DNA from: Octopus vulgaris
Taxonomy: Eukaryota
Assembly (NCBI GenBank): GCA_951406725.2
Contig: OX597827.1
Coordinates: 19,468,001 to 19,532,000 of the forward strand
Direction: 5' to 3'
Length of the DNA stretch: 64,000 bases
Shown here: piece after piece, positions 25,473 through 38,477 of the stretch
Layout: every line of letters begins with the position of its first letter
Position numbering within the stretch: position 1 is the first letter of the stretch
Position numbers and translations under genes: made by a program
The notes under the pieces: model-generated
Seen by the model: the letters and a program-made list of their open reading frames with translations, nothing else
What the model was told of the DNA's origin: nothing
The model's database searches: none

Positions 25473-26177
25473 TTGAAATTTATATCGTTCTTCAAAAATT
25501 TCATTTTGCAATTAAGTTTTCGTAAAAAGAAATTTAAGAAAAATGTTTTTCACTCACTTTATCAAATTTCAAATGTGAATTTCAAAATGTTTATTACCCC
25601 ATCTCCACTACCATGTTCTGTTACTCTGACTTTCTTGGTTCCATTTATTTAGCATTTAGGAATTTCTAAGGAAATATTTGAGATGTTTCATTTTATAAAA
25701 TAGAAACATTCTGTGCAATAATTAAATCCCCTTCAAATTACACCCTACCATTTAAAAAAAAAGAATATACATGATCTCCACAAAGGAAAATGTTGGGATG
25801 GTCACAGATGAAATGTCTTTGCTCATAAGTCTGTTGAATCAGAACTGACTTGAGTTAAACAATTTTTTCAACATTCAGTATATGCCTCCCCTAGTTTGTT
25901 TTCATCACAAATATCCATTCTTCTTTAGTCTTAAAAACCAGACTTAGTGAATCCCTTTTCTCTACTGTAGTTTCAACCACACATGAATATGTCACAATGT
26001 ATTTTATGTGTGTCAATGTTGTGTGCATGTGTGTGTGTGTTGTAGTTGAACCTCTAGTATAATTAGAAAAGCAGTTCCTGGTTTGGAAGCAAACCTGAAA
26101 TCAAAGAGTCTTAAAGTCAACTTAGCAAAGAAAGCAATGAAACTGACAGAATGCTGCTCCCTTCAGGAAAATGGTTC

Positions 26178-26564
26178 GGATCTTTTAGGTTTGAATGGCA
26201 GTTTTTCTAGCGGTGTCATATGAAATTGTCACCCATAATTATGACCCTAGTATCGATCTATTGCATTTCAATCTCTGTTAGGGTTAGGGGTGAGGGAAGG
26301 GTATCTTTTTTTCTTCACAAATGTAAATAAACCCAATCTGTTTCTTAAACGAGGGACATATTTATATGGCACAGAATGCTTTTTAACTCAATAGACGTCA
26401 CTGATTGGTTGAAATTGAAGAAAAAAACAACAAATATAGAATTTTCTCAATAAAGCCAAGAGAAAAAGATGTTTCATAAACACATTCTACCAGTATACGA
26501 AGTTTGAAATTTTTTAGTTACCTAGAAATTATGTTAAAAACTGCCGTTCAAACCGAAAAGATCC
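26178..26564 (+). mobile_element. GGATC-TIR MITE nested in an RTE fragment
   Basis: TIRs and 8-bp TSD AATGGTTC. Confidence 0.9.
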
Positions 26565-28019
26565 AATGGTTCTGTTCAATATGTAGAAAATGTGGACATA
26601 GGAATTCTCTGCAGTGTACCAAGTGCAAGATATGGACACACAAGATGTGCAGAGGAGTCACTGGAAAGTTAATGCACAAAGTAACAGTTGTTTCATCAAC
26701 CTAATTAGCAGTGGGTGTGGATGTTCTGAAAATATAGTTGCTAGAATAAGAACCTTGTGCCAATTGAAAGTTCAGTGAGCTATTGCCTCTGTTAGTAACA
26801 AAAGTTCTCTCTCTGAGTGAGAGGCCGATTGTGCAATACTTAGATGTGGACAGCAAGTCCTTGAATGCAAAGACTAGAAAAGAATGAAGCTTGAATGTTT
26901 TACTAGATGTGCAAATGTGTTGAGAGAAAAATTGCACATGAAAAATTGGATGTAGCATAGAAGAGAGAAGACAGTGTTAGTATGGTTGTATGATACTTAT
27001 GGATGAGAACAGCTGCATAAAGAAGTGCCAATTTATTTCTTATTGCCCACAAGGGGCTAAACATAGAGGGAACAAACAAAGACAGACAAAGGGATTAAGT
27101 CGATGACATCAACCCCAGTGTGTAACTGGTACTTTATTTATCGACCCCGAAAGGATGAAAGTATTATACAGAATATGGAATTTAAAATATTTAAATAAAA
27201 AATATAAACAAAAATGGTAGTCTTTGTTATTTTGAAATTTATATTAGCGGTTAGCCATATTGAGATGGCAAATATACCTCACATTGTCGTGCAGTTACTG
27301 TTTATACCTTGTTCAAAGATTTATTATTGCTTGCATACAGTTTTTCAAGATCAGTGGTGAAAAGTTACTGGATAAATGATATAAATATTTGCATTGGGAC
27401 CCCTTTCATCGAAAACCAGTGATTGTCGTACGCTGATGACAGGTCAATACCTAGAAAAGCATTCTGTGCCATATGAATATGTCCCTCGTTTAAGAAACAG
27501 ATTGGGTTTATTTACATTTGTGAAGAAAAAAAGATACCCTTCCCTCACCCTAAAAGAGATTGAAATGCAATATCGACCTCGGCGGAATTTGAACTCAGAA
27601 CATAAAGACAGACGAAATACCGCTTAGCATTTCGACCGGTGTCCTAACGTTTCTGCCAGTTCACCGCCTAAAGAAGTGCCAGTTGTTAAATGTAAATGGA
27701 ACCTGTGGAAGAGGACCTATGATGATGTGGGATGTAAAATAGTGAAGACTGACTCCCAGGTGTTGAGCCTCACAGAGGAGAGATGACGTAGGACCTAGAC
27801 GATTGGGAATATGCTGTGCTTGAGAAGATCCATCCATCTCAGCAAAAATGGGATCCTAAAAACATTGTTTATGACTGTGCCCCAACACCATATCTATCCC
27901 TGTTAAACCTTCCCCACATTTTTTCTCTAAATTTCAGTCCAAGGACTGCGACCATGCTGGGGCACCAACGTTTACTTTACTTCACTAAACCTCTTCTGAT
28001 ATGTGACATTTAGTGGATG

Positions 28020-29530
28020 AGGGAATTTGATGTTGCTGCCCTCATCTGTATTTCTTGCCTAGAGGTAGGTTCATCCAAAACTCTTGACACGAGATGTAGT
28101 TTTCTTTTTGGAAAAGCCTACATCCACACCGTTCAGGTCTCTCAGACTTTGTGTGTGTGGGGGGGATACTGAAGAGCTGTGGGCCTTTGAAGCCCAAGTA
28201 GTTGCAGAATCTGGTCCTGTATCCCGATAGCAATGTTGGGACCTTTGGTATCATGAGAGTAGCGCCCCGTCCTGCTATTTGTGTAAATGACAGTGCCAAA
28301 ATTTGCAACAAGTTTTTCTAGGATTTTCCATATGTATATTACTGCATATCTTTCTCCGCCTTTACTCCAGGAAGTAGAGTCTTAACTCTTTCAGTTTCTC
28401 CCAGTAGCTGATCTGTCCCATTGTATTGATGTTCCTTGTGTCGCTTCACTGGATAACCTTCAGTTCTGTCATTAAGTTTACAATGTTTGGTGACCACAGT
28501 TGCAACTAGTAATCCAGATGGTTGAGAACGAAAGTCCTCCAGGGGACCATCATAGTTTCCTTTTCTTTTGTTCTGAAAGTTTGAAGGATCCACCCGGCCA
28601 GATGTCAACAATTTATTGCCAACTTGATAATGTGCACCTGGAAAGATGCATCATTACCCATGTCAATGCCCAAGTCATGCACTGATTTTGATTTGGGGAT
28701 TGGAATTCCTCCTGGACCAGTGTATCCTATCTGTTTTTCATTGAGCTTCCTGTGTTGGTAGTGCACGGTTTGGAATTTTCCAGCATTAAACTGCGTGTTA
28801 TTTTCCTCAGCCTACCTTATATATTGGGGCCAACTCACATTGCAGATGCACATCTCCAGGGTTCCATATTCTCTGAGGGACTTTTGTATCGTCTGCATAG
28901 CTAGCAACAATAGCTGCTTGAGCAGTTGAGGACGTGTCAGAGAGGGCCACTATGAATAACAGTGGCTCCAGGACAGTGCTCTGTGGACCACTCGTTATTT
29001 ATGTTTTCTTGAATGTGGCCCCATTGATCACCACTGCCTGACTTTTATCTTTTAGAAAGTCATATAGCCATTCTCCAAGATTTCCAAGTATGCCAAGATT
29101 TCAGAGCTTGTGACAAATCCTACCATGGTTGACTTCGTCAAAGATTTTTGCAAAGTCCAATTATATTACGTCCACATTTAACCCTATAGTGTTTAAACCG
29201 GCCATATCTGGCCTAAATATTCTACATGTTTTATATTCAAACTGGCCATATCTAGCCTCTCACACCTAACCTACAGTGACATTCTAAAAATAAACAATCA
29301 TATCATTGAAACCTCAAAGCTATAACATAATGCATGACTAATTCAAAACAATTTGAGTGAAAAAGTATTACATTTAATAGAGAAATTTGAACACCAAAGG
29401 GTTAAATTGTTAAGCAGCTGCTTTGGCACCAAGTCATAATGATGCAAGAGCTGTGTGAGGCAGCTTCTACCTAGTTGAAAACCATGTTGGGTGTCAGTCA
29501 GCAAGTCATTCTCTTCAAGGAGTACTGAAG
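28020..29530 (-). mobile_element. Decayed CR1/L2-group LINE RT fragment with nested piggyBac MITE
   Basis: QHGFQLGRSCLTQLL, YLDFAK-like, GPQSTVLEPLLF and YADDT motifs on the minus strand. Confidence 0.8.
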
Positions 29531-31294
29531 GATGGTGCATAAACAAGACAATGGCAAGATAGTATGTACCTTGGATGAGTGGACAGGTGAAAACTGGCAA
29601 GAAATCAAGGAGGAGAAATGCTCATCAGTGCTCAACTAAAATGCTCAATTAGAATATGGAATAACATAGATCAGTGGTTCCCCAATTTTTTAGAGTCACG
29701 CCCCACTATTTATCACCAGTTTATAACGACCCATTTAACTCTACTGAACTATCTCGATAGTAGGCAGTTAATCAAAGCTAATGCGTAATTTTATAACTTT
29801 TTGCGACCCACAGATGGGTCGTGACTCATAGTTTGGGAACCACTGACATAGATGTTAAGATATTATCGACACATAGAACAGACATGACGCTCAGACAGAT
29901 TATGGAGGCCACACACATGGTAGTAGGTAGATCAAGCCTCAACTGAAAGCATAAATGGAATAGTAACATCCATATACATGCACACAAGACACACATACTA
30001 AATACACACAGACATGCAAACAAATGCACACTCACTGATCCATGTGCAAACACATGCACAGATAAGGGTACAGCATCATCGTTTAACGTCCGCTTTCCAT
30101 GTTAGCATGGGTTGGACGGTTCAACTGGGGTCTGGGAAGCCAGAAGGCTGCACCAGGCCCAGTCTGATCTGACAGTGTTTCTACAGCTGGATGCCAACCA
30201 CTCCGTGAGTGTAGTGGGTGCTTTTTACGTGCCACTGACACAGGTGCCAGACGAGGCTGGCAAACGGCCACGATCGGATGGTGTTTTTTACGTACCACCG
30301 GGACGGAGGCCAGGCGAGGTTGGCAACGGCCATGATCGGATGGTGCTTTTTACGTGCCACCGGCACAGAGGCCAGTCAGGGTGGAGCTGGCTACGGCCAC
30401 GTTCGGATGGTTCTCTTACGTACCACCAGCACTGGTATCACAGCTACAAATTCCATTGATGTTGATCGATTTCGATTTTGACCACAGAAAGAGAAAATGA
30501 AATAAGCAGAACACAAGGAGACATTGAATAGTGTTGCTAAAGGGGTCATAGGATGTGTGACGAAAGAGCTTTGACAAAGAAACTAAAATCATCATCATCA
30601 TCATTTAGCATCCATTTTCCTTACTAGCACGGGTGAGACAGTTTGACTGGAGCTAGTCAGCTGCACCAGGATCCAGTCTGTTTTAGCTTGGTTCCTATGT
30701 CTGGATACCTTTCCTAATGCCAACCACTTCACAGAATGAACAAATTGTCCCTTTCATGTCTTCAACCTAAGTACCCTTCACCTGTGACTGGCACGGGTGC
30801 CTTTTCTGTGTCACTGGCTTGTTGTGTCTTCTCAAGCACTGCAAATTATCAAAAGTCTCAATCACTTGTCATTGCCTCTGTGAGGCTCAACATCTCAAGA
30901 TCATATTCACCACCTCATCTCATATCTTCCTGGTTCGCTCCACAGTTGGCCAATCAGAAAGCTTTCCACTTGGCTTTGGAACCGATCAAAGACTATTTAA
31001 TATAGCATGACTACACGGATCATATTTCGTGTTCAATGTCTTGCATTATACATGAGTAAATAGGGGAGATAGCATGTTCCAAAGGTTGTAGCAGAAGTGA
31101 TTTACACTGTCATCATGTGAGCTGTTTTTGTTTTGACTCAGCTACACTTAAATACCCGAATATCAGCTCCAAAACCCCTTTCATTCCAGCAGGTCACATG
31201 ACCTTGTGATTAAACAAACCTGTTGTTTGTATTGGTCAGTTTCCAGCTGTCTAATCATGTTGGTGCAACAGTTCATTTTTGCTTACACGGGAAA

Positions 31295-31523
31295 TTAACC
31301 CTTTCGTTACCAACCTGGCCGAAACCGCCTCTGGCTCTGTCGTACAAATATCTTGTTTTCTTAAGTTTTGAATTAAAATCTTCCACCAAACCTTAGTCAC
31401 AATTTATGTTACTAACACAAGCTTAATGATAACTAAGTTATTTTTCTAAATTCTTTGTTATATTTAAAATAATTGAAAGAAACACAAAGTATCTCAACAG
31501 AAATACGGTAATGAAAGGGTTAA
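31295..31523. mobile_element. piggyBac-type MITE
   Basis: TTAA-CCCTTTCGTTAC ... GTAATGAAAGGG-TTAA. Confidence 0.85.
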
Positions 31524-32645
31524 TCACCAGCTTCTGGGAGCTTACTGATCTCAATAAGAAAGACAGTTCTCAATTGTTCTAGGTCTTTGGCACACGCCAC
31601 TGACCACATGCATCTCATCTTTGGCAATGATGTATCTGATACCAGTCAGTCTCTGCTTTCATCTCCTCCACCAGACACCTGTCTACATCATTGCTGTACT
31701 AAGACCACACGACCAACAGCTGCCTCTACACACCACCAAACAGTACTTCAACCCTGTCTACAAGATCAATAGTCCAGCCGAATCACAAAGTCTCTCACAA
31801 ATCTTTGTTGTAACCTGTTATGTTATTTTATTTCATGTATGGCAATCATTGTATTTTATAATGGAGAATAAATCGTCATCTACCTGTTGTGAATTACATT
31901 AAATTATTTGTGAAGTTTAACCCTTTAGTATTTAAACTGGCCATATCCGGCCAAAAGTATTCTGATTGTTTTATGTTCAAACTGGCCAGATCTGGTCTCT
32001 CAGACCAACCCTACAATATCGTTTAAAAAATTTACAGCTACCTCATCAAAATCTCATAGCTACAAGATAATGCATGATTAGTTCAAAACAATGTGGATGA
32101 AAAAGCATTAACTTTGGCAGAATAATGTGAACACTAAAGGGTTAAGGAAGGCTCTTTCCTTATTTCTATACAAAATGTAACAGTGTTAACGTTTAATAGT
32201 TGTGGCAACTACACACCATGTTTAGTGGTAAAAGAAACCCATGGCTATATCAGTGTTCGATATTTGTTTTGATTGATTCTTGTTGCTTTCAAGTAACTTG
32301 TTTCATTTGCTTCATTTTGTATCCAAAAATCGGAAAACTGAAACCCGAGATACGTTTTGTGATGTTTTCCACCTTCCAATTGTGTATATTTTGCTCTACT
32401 TCTAGTATTGAGTATTCTTTCCTCCACTCTTGTTCGTATTAATGGCTGAAAGAAAATACCTGCAAAATAAATATGTGTGCATGTCTGTATATATTGCACC
32501 TATAGAATGTAGGGAATAAAGCATATAGACAGGTAAAAAAAAATAATAAAAAGTTCAGTGTCATTGATAAAAACTTGGTAAGAAAAAGTATGTAAACTGA
32601 TTTGTTGGTAAAAGGCTGTCTGGTGAAGTTACAGTAGTTCTTGTG

Positions 32646-33070
32646 GGATCTTTTCGGTTTGAACGGCAGTTTTTAACATAATTTCTAGGTAACTAAAAAA
32701 TTTTAAACTTCGTATACTGGTAGAATGTGTTTATAAAACATCTTTTTCTCTTGGCTTTATTGAGAAAATTCTGTAGTTTGTAAGACATTTGTTGTTTTTT
32801 TTCTTCAATTTCTGTAATTTCAACCAATCACTGACGTCTATTGAGGTAAAAAAAAACATTCTGTGCCGTATGAATATGTCCCTCGTTTAAGAAACAGATT
32901 GGGTTTATTTACATTTGTGAAGAAAAAAAGATACCCTTCCCCCCCACCCCTAACTAACCCTAACGCTAAAACAGATTGAAATGCAATAGATCGATACTAG
33001 GGTCATAATTATGGGTGACAATTTCATATGACACCGCTAGAAAAAACTGCCATTCAAACTGAAAAGATCC
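32646..33070 (-). mobile_element. GGATC-TIR MITE
   Basis: TIRs and 9-bp TSD GTTCTTGTG. Confidence 0.9.
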
Positions 33071-33413
33071 GTTCTTGTGTGGGCTTCACTGCAGCTCTAC
33101 TACTTGGAAGTATGGCAAGTGGAATGGTTATTGTTATGTAGAGCTGTATCTACATTACAGGATTTTTACCTGCTGGTTTTTGGATTAAGGATTTCATTCC
33201 TGGACTGTTTATATCTGCCCTGTCTGTTGTGACTATCACTGCCATGACAACTGCTGGAAATGTGACTTCTACCTTCACCGTGCACTAAGATCTTGTACTG
33301 TATCTCAAGCAGTGACTAAGGTCCATGTCATGTCCCTGTCATTTTGGGTTAGGCTGCATACTCAACAACTGCCACCAATAATTCCGGTTAGTAAGCTTTT
33401 TTACAATACTTGT

Positions 33414-33709
33414 GGAGGCACATGGCCTAGTGGTTAGAGCAGCGGACTCGCGGTCGAGGGATCGCGGGTTCAAATCTCAGACCGGGCGATGTGTGTGTTT
33501 ATGAGCGAAACACCTAAGCTCCACGCGGCTCTGGCAGAAGGTAATGGTGAAACTTCTGCTGACTCTTTCACCACAACTTTCTCTCACTCTTTCCTCCTGC
33601 ATCTTGCAGCTCACCTGTGACGGACTGGTGTCCCGTCCAGGTGGGAAACCTATACGCCAAGAAACCGGGAAACCGGCCCTTATGAGCCTGGCATGGCTCG
33701 AGAAGGAAT
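33414..33709 (+). mobile_element. tRNA-Arg-like SINE (also 6826-7132 -, 47456-47764 +; related subfamily 14984-15191 -, 21051-21210 +)
   Basis: TGGCCTAGTGG A box, CTCGCG anticodon-like loop, GGTTCRAATC B box, TSDs on several copies. Confidence 0.88.
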
Positions 33710-34757
33710 ATTCATTCATTTCAATACTTGTTAATATAACAACCTTCTCAGTCACTGATTGGACCCAATGGCAAGGGCATAGACATGTCTGCTGACTAGT
33801 CACAGAAGTTGCTTGGTCTGAAAGGTGAAGACACCGGCAAGCCTTCCCTTCTGGTGTTTGGTGGTTGATGATCAAAACTTTAAACTTGTGAATCTACGTT
33901 CAAATGACTAGAGCACTTAATATAACAACATGAGATATTTGTCATAAACTGTATGATTTTCAAAGTGAAAGCAAGTAAAATTTACAAATATAAGCTAATC
34001 AGTTTAATAAACAATTTCTTGCACAAGTAGAGCACTATACTGAATGCATTATTCTATGTAGTTTCGTACCTCTAGATTCTGACTTCAATTTCTAACCAAA
34101 CCAACATGGTGTCATCCACATGTAGCATAAACAACTTATGTCAAAACTGGGAATATAATACTCTTTACTCTTTTACTCGTTTCAGTCATTTGACTGTGGC
34201 CATGCTGGAGCATCACCTTTTAGTCGAGCAAATCGACCCCAGGACTTATTCTTATGTAAGCCTAATACTTATCTTATTGGTCTCTTTTGCCGAACCGCTA
34301 AGTTACAGGGACGTAAACACACCAGCATCAGTTGTCAAGCGATGTTGGGAGGACAAACACAGACACACAAACATATATATATATATATACATATATACGA
34401 CGGGATTCTATCAGTTTCCGTCTACCAAATCCACTCACAAGGCTTTGGTCAGCCCGAGGCTATAGTAGAAGACACTTGCCCAAGGTTCCACGCAGTGGGA
34501 CTGAACCCGGAACCATGTGGTTGGTAAGCAAGCTTACTTACCACACAGCCACTATTAATAAAAATATTTAATGGATCTATAATGGGAGGCAAGGTTTACG
34601 ATATCGGTGAATATTGCCTTCTCCCATTAAATATTGTTCTTTGTGTAGTTCAGGCTCCAGCAGGCGAGGAAAGAAGTCTTTAAGTACAAATGCAATTTAC
34701 AACCGGTTTATTTACAAGTTTCATAGAATAGGTGAAGTGTGCTGCTCTCAGCAACCT

Positions 34758-35148
34758 TCTCAAGCTGTGTGCGTTTTGTTGTATCTCCGTTAATGCGGGC
34801 CCATTGCCTCTGGAGATACAACATGCAGACAGGACTATCTTGGAAACCCAGCCAGGGAAGCGTGCCCAGCATGCGCTTGTAGTGAAAAGGGAATGAATCT
34901 GTTTTTGTTGGGCCCTTATATCCAGTTTACCATCGTGAGCCTCGTTGTGCATACCATCTCAAGCTGTGTGCGTTTTGTTGTATCTCCGTTAACGCGGGCC
35001 CATTGCCTCTGGAGATACAACATGCAGACAGGACTATCTTGGAAACCCAGCCAGTGAAGTGTGCTCAGCAAGCACTTGTGGTGAAAAGAGAATGAATCTG
35101 TTTCTGTTTTGCCCTTATATCCAGTTTGCCATCACAAGCCTCGTTGTG
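34758..35148. repeat. Two-copy tandem duplication, period 199 bp
   Basis: 34758-34949 vs 34957-35148, about 90% identical by eye. Confidence 0.9.
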
Positions 35149-35929
35149 ATCTCACGCATGGCAAATGGATGCAGGTGAGGTCTCGCTCCAGTCTCAAGAG
35201 AAATCTCATCCAATATGGCGCTGACTGCTTGTGCCGCTACAGATCTTATTTTAATACTGATGTTGCTACAGAGGATGCTTTATAGAATCTCATTTACTTG
35301 TTTCAGTCATTTGACTGTGGCCATGCTGGAGCACCGCCTTTAGTCGAGGAAATCGACCCCAGGACTTACTCTTTGTAAGCCTAGTACTGATTCTATCGGT
35401 CTCTTTTGCCGAACCGCTAAGTTACGGGGACGTAAACACACCAGCATTGGTTGTCAAGCGATGGGAGGGGGACAAACACAACACATAAACATACACATAT
35501 ATATACATATACATATATACAACGGGCTTCTTTCAGTTTCCGTCTACCAAATCCACTCACAAGGCTTTGGTCGGCCCGAGGCTATAGTTGAAGACACTTG
35601 CCCAAGGTGCCACGTAGTGGGACTGAACCCGGATCCATATGGTTCGTAAGCAAGCTACTTACCACACAGCCACTCCTAAGCCTATGATAATGATTTCAAA
35701 TTTTGATACAGAGCCAGCAGAATCGGAGAAAGGGATAAGTCTACACGGACCCCAGTGTTCAAATGGTACTTATTTTATCAAACTCGAAAGGATAAAAAAC
35801 AAAGTCGACCCTCGTGGAATTTGAACTCAGAGCATAAAAACTGACAAAATGCCACTAAGTATCTTGCCTGCTTTATAGAATAATAATAAAAATAATAATA
35901 AAAATAATAATAATAATAAAATAATGTCA

Positions 35930-36767
35930 GTGTACATACTCGACAGAGCGTTAGTACCTTGAGAGAAATGTTGTACCTAAGAAGCATCAGTTGTGGTGTG
36001 CAAGAGAGACAATTGCGCTGGTATGGTCATGTGGCGAGAATGGATGAAGATAGGTGTGTGAGAAAGTGCCAATCCCTAGCAGTTGAGGGAACCCGTGGAA
36101 GAGGTAGACCCAGGAAAACCTGGGACGAGGTGGTGAAGCACGACCTTCGAACTTTAGGCCTCACTGAGGAAATGACCAGCAACCGAGACCTTTGGAAATA
36201 TGCTGTACGTAAGAAGACCAGGCAGGACAAGTGAGCCAAGCCCACTTATGAATGCCTTTCCTCCCTTGGACACAAAGACCTGTTGAGGCAAGCGAAGTCG
36301 ATATAAAACCTCATCCGACGACAGGCACCCATGCCAACCCCCTTTGCTTGCGAAGACATGTTGGGGCAAGCGAAAGCAAAATCGAAATCGAATTGAACCA
36401 GCCAGGATCCCTGGTCTGGTGGTACGTAAAAAGTACTATCCGACTCGTGGCCGATGCCAGCGCCGCCTCCACTGGCTTCCGTGCCGGTGGCACGTAAAAT
36501 ACACCAATCCGACTGTGGCCGTTGCCAGCCTCTACACCAATCCGATCGTGGCCGTTGCCAGCCTCGCCTGGCACCTGTGCCGGTGGCACGTAAAAAGCAC
36601 CCACTACACTCACTGAGTGGTTGGCGTTAGGAAGGGCATCCAGCTGTAGAAACATTGCCAGATCAGATTGGGGCCTGGTGCAGCCTCCTGGCTTCCCAGA
36701 TCCCCGGTCGAACTGTCCAACCCATGCTAGCATGGAGAACAGACGTTAAATGATGATGATGATGATG
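35930..36767 (+). mobile_element. RTE-clade LINE 3' end (ORF C-terminus, 3'UTR, (GAT)n tail)
   Basis: RQLRWYGHVARMDEDR...EGTRGRGRPRKTW.EVV..DL. The 3'UTR is shared with ~20 tail-only copies in the window. Confidence 0.9.
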
Positions 36768-37345
36768 AATAAAAACAAACTCATTGAATACGCTGCTCAG
36801 GTGTTCCACAACCGACTGGAAAAGAGGGGACAACATAGTAATAAGTCAAATAAAGAAAGGCCATGAAAGCCAAAAATACATAGACAGTACATAGCACTGT
36901 AAAAAGGAACAGTGTAAAAACCATAAAGGGGAAAGTGTGTATGGATACTTCAAGGGTTAGTGCTTGAGAATTCCATGAAGATTACAGGGTCCTGACATCC
37001 AAGAAGTTTATTAAGGCTTCCACAACTCTGATACCCTCCTACTTTCTTTTACTCTTTTACTTGTTTCAGTCATTTGACTGCGGCCATGCTGGAGCACCAC
37101 CTTTAGTCGAGCAAATCTCGGGGACATAAACACACCAGCATCGGTTGTCAAGCGATGTTGGGGGACAAACACAGACACACATAAAGGGGAACCATACCAA
37201 CCACATGGTTCCAGGTTCAGTCCCACTGCGTGGCACCTTAGGCAAGTGTCTTTTACTATAGCCTCGGGCCGATCAAAGCCTCGTGAGTGGATTTGGTAGA
37301 CGGAAACTGAAAGAAGCCCGTCCTATATATGTATAGGTTAATATG

Positions 37346-37388
<43 letters not shown>

Positions 37389-37448
37389 TTTTGTTTGTCC
37401 CCCCAACATCGCTTGACAACCGATGCTGGTGTGTTTACGTCCCCATAA

Positions 37449-37857
37449 CTTTTCGGTTTGAACGGCAGTTTATTCTAGCTGTGTCATATGAAATTATCAC
37501 CCATAATTATGACCCTAGAATCGATCTATTGCATTTCAATCCATTTTAGGGTTAGGGGTGGTGGAAGGGTATCTTTTTTTCTTCACAAATGTAAATAAAC
37601 CCAATTTGTTTCTTAAACGAGGGACATATTCATACGGCAAAGAATGTTTTTTTTACCTCAGTAGACGTCAGTGATTGGTTGAAATTGCAGAAATTGAAGA
37701 AAAAACAACAAATATCTTACAAACTATAGAATTTTCTCAATAAAGCCAAGAGAAAAAGATGAAGGTTTACTGACACATTCTACCAGTATACGAAGTTTAA
37801 AATTTTTTAGTTACCTAGAAATTATGTTAAAAACTGCCGTTGAAACCGAAAAGATCC
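37449..37857 (+). mobile_element. GGATC-TIR MITE, 5' TIR clipped and fused to a SINE
   Basis: Family sequence, intact 3' TIR. Confidence 0.85.
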
Positions 37858-37899
37858 AAGTTCTTAACTTCCATTGCCTCGTCTATCATTTAAAAACTT

Positions 37900-38462
37900 T
37901 TTACAAGCTCCTCCTCGGACGACGACAAGTCTGAGGAGATAATATTTTCGTATCTCGTCTCCATTACCGCGCTCCCCCTTTCAAACAAGGAGGAAAAGCA
38001 TTAAAAATGCCGCCGCAGGCAGCAAAACAAAGTGCCGCTAGACAAAATAACCTTTAAAACAACAGCATTTACAATTTAACTAAAAGTGAAAAAACGTCCA
38101 ACACTTAAGATGTTAAGAGCAGCGTCGTTAACGAAATGCAAGCTAGCAGGTTCGCAGGTTGAATTTATCTCCCTTGCAGTCTTTCTTTAGAAAGGTACAC
38201 ATTCCATAAAGACACCGGTGAATCTCAGTTGCACTTCCCCTCCCGCCATATTTTCTAGAACGTAAGCGACCTTTTATTTTTTTTTGCCGCCATTTGTGCC
38301 CATTTTGTGCCCAGGCGATCCGTGTTGGACGGGGAAGCAGCGATAGAACTGTTTTGTTTCTTCTGAAAAACAAACGAAACATAAACAAAGAAAGAAAGTA
38401 ACAAACCAAAAAGAAATACACCGTCTGTATTATGCAATTATTTTACTATATCATCAGGCAGA
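37900..38462 (+). promoter_or_regulatory. SMC3 promoter/5' region, CpG-enriched, with YY1-like CCGCCATNTT motifs
   Basis: Repeat-free, CpG-retaining DNA just upstream of the ATG. CCGCCATATT at ~38243 and GCCGCCATTT at ~38286. Confidence 0.55.
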
Positions 38463-38477
38463 ATGTACATTAAACAG
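38463..38477 (+). CDS. SMC3: SMC3 coding exon 1 (MYIKQ)
   Basis: ATGTACATTAAACAG|GTATTT. MYIKQ is the conserved SMC3 N-terminus and joins in frame to exon 2. Confidence 0.92.

Noticed and set aside
33414-33490. tRNA-Arg gene
   Set aside because: It is the tRNA-derived head of a SINE that continues into a repeat body seen in several copies.
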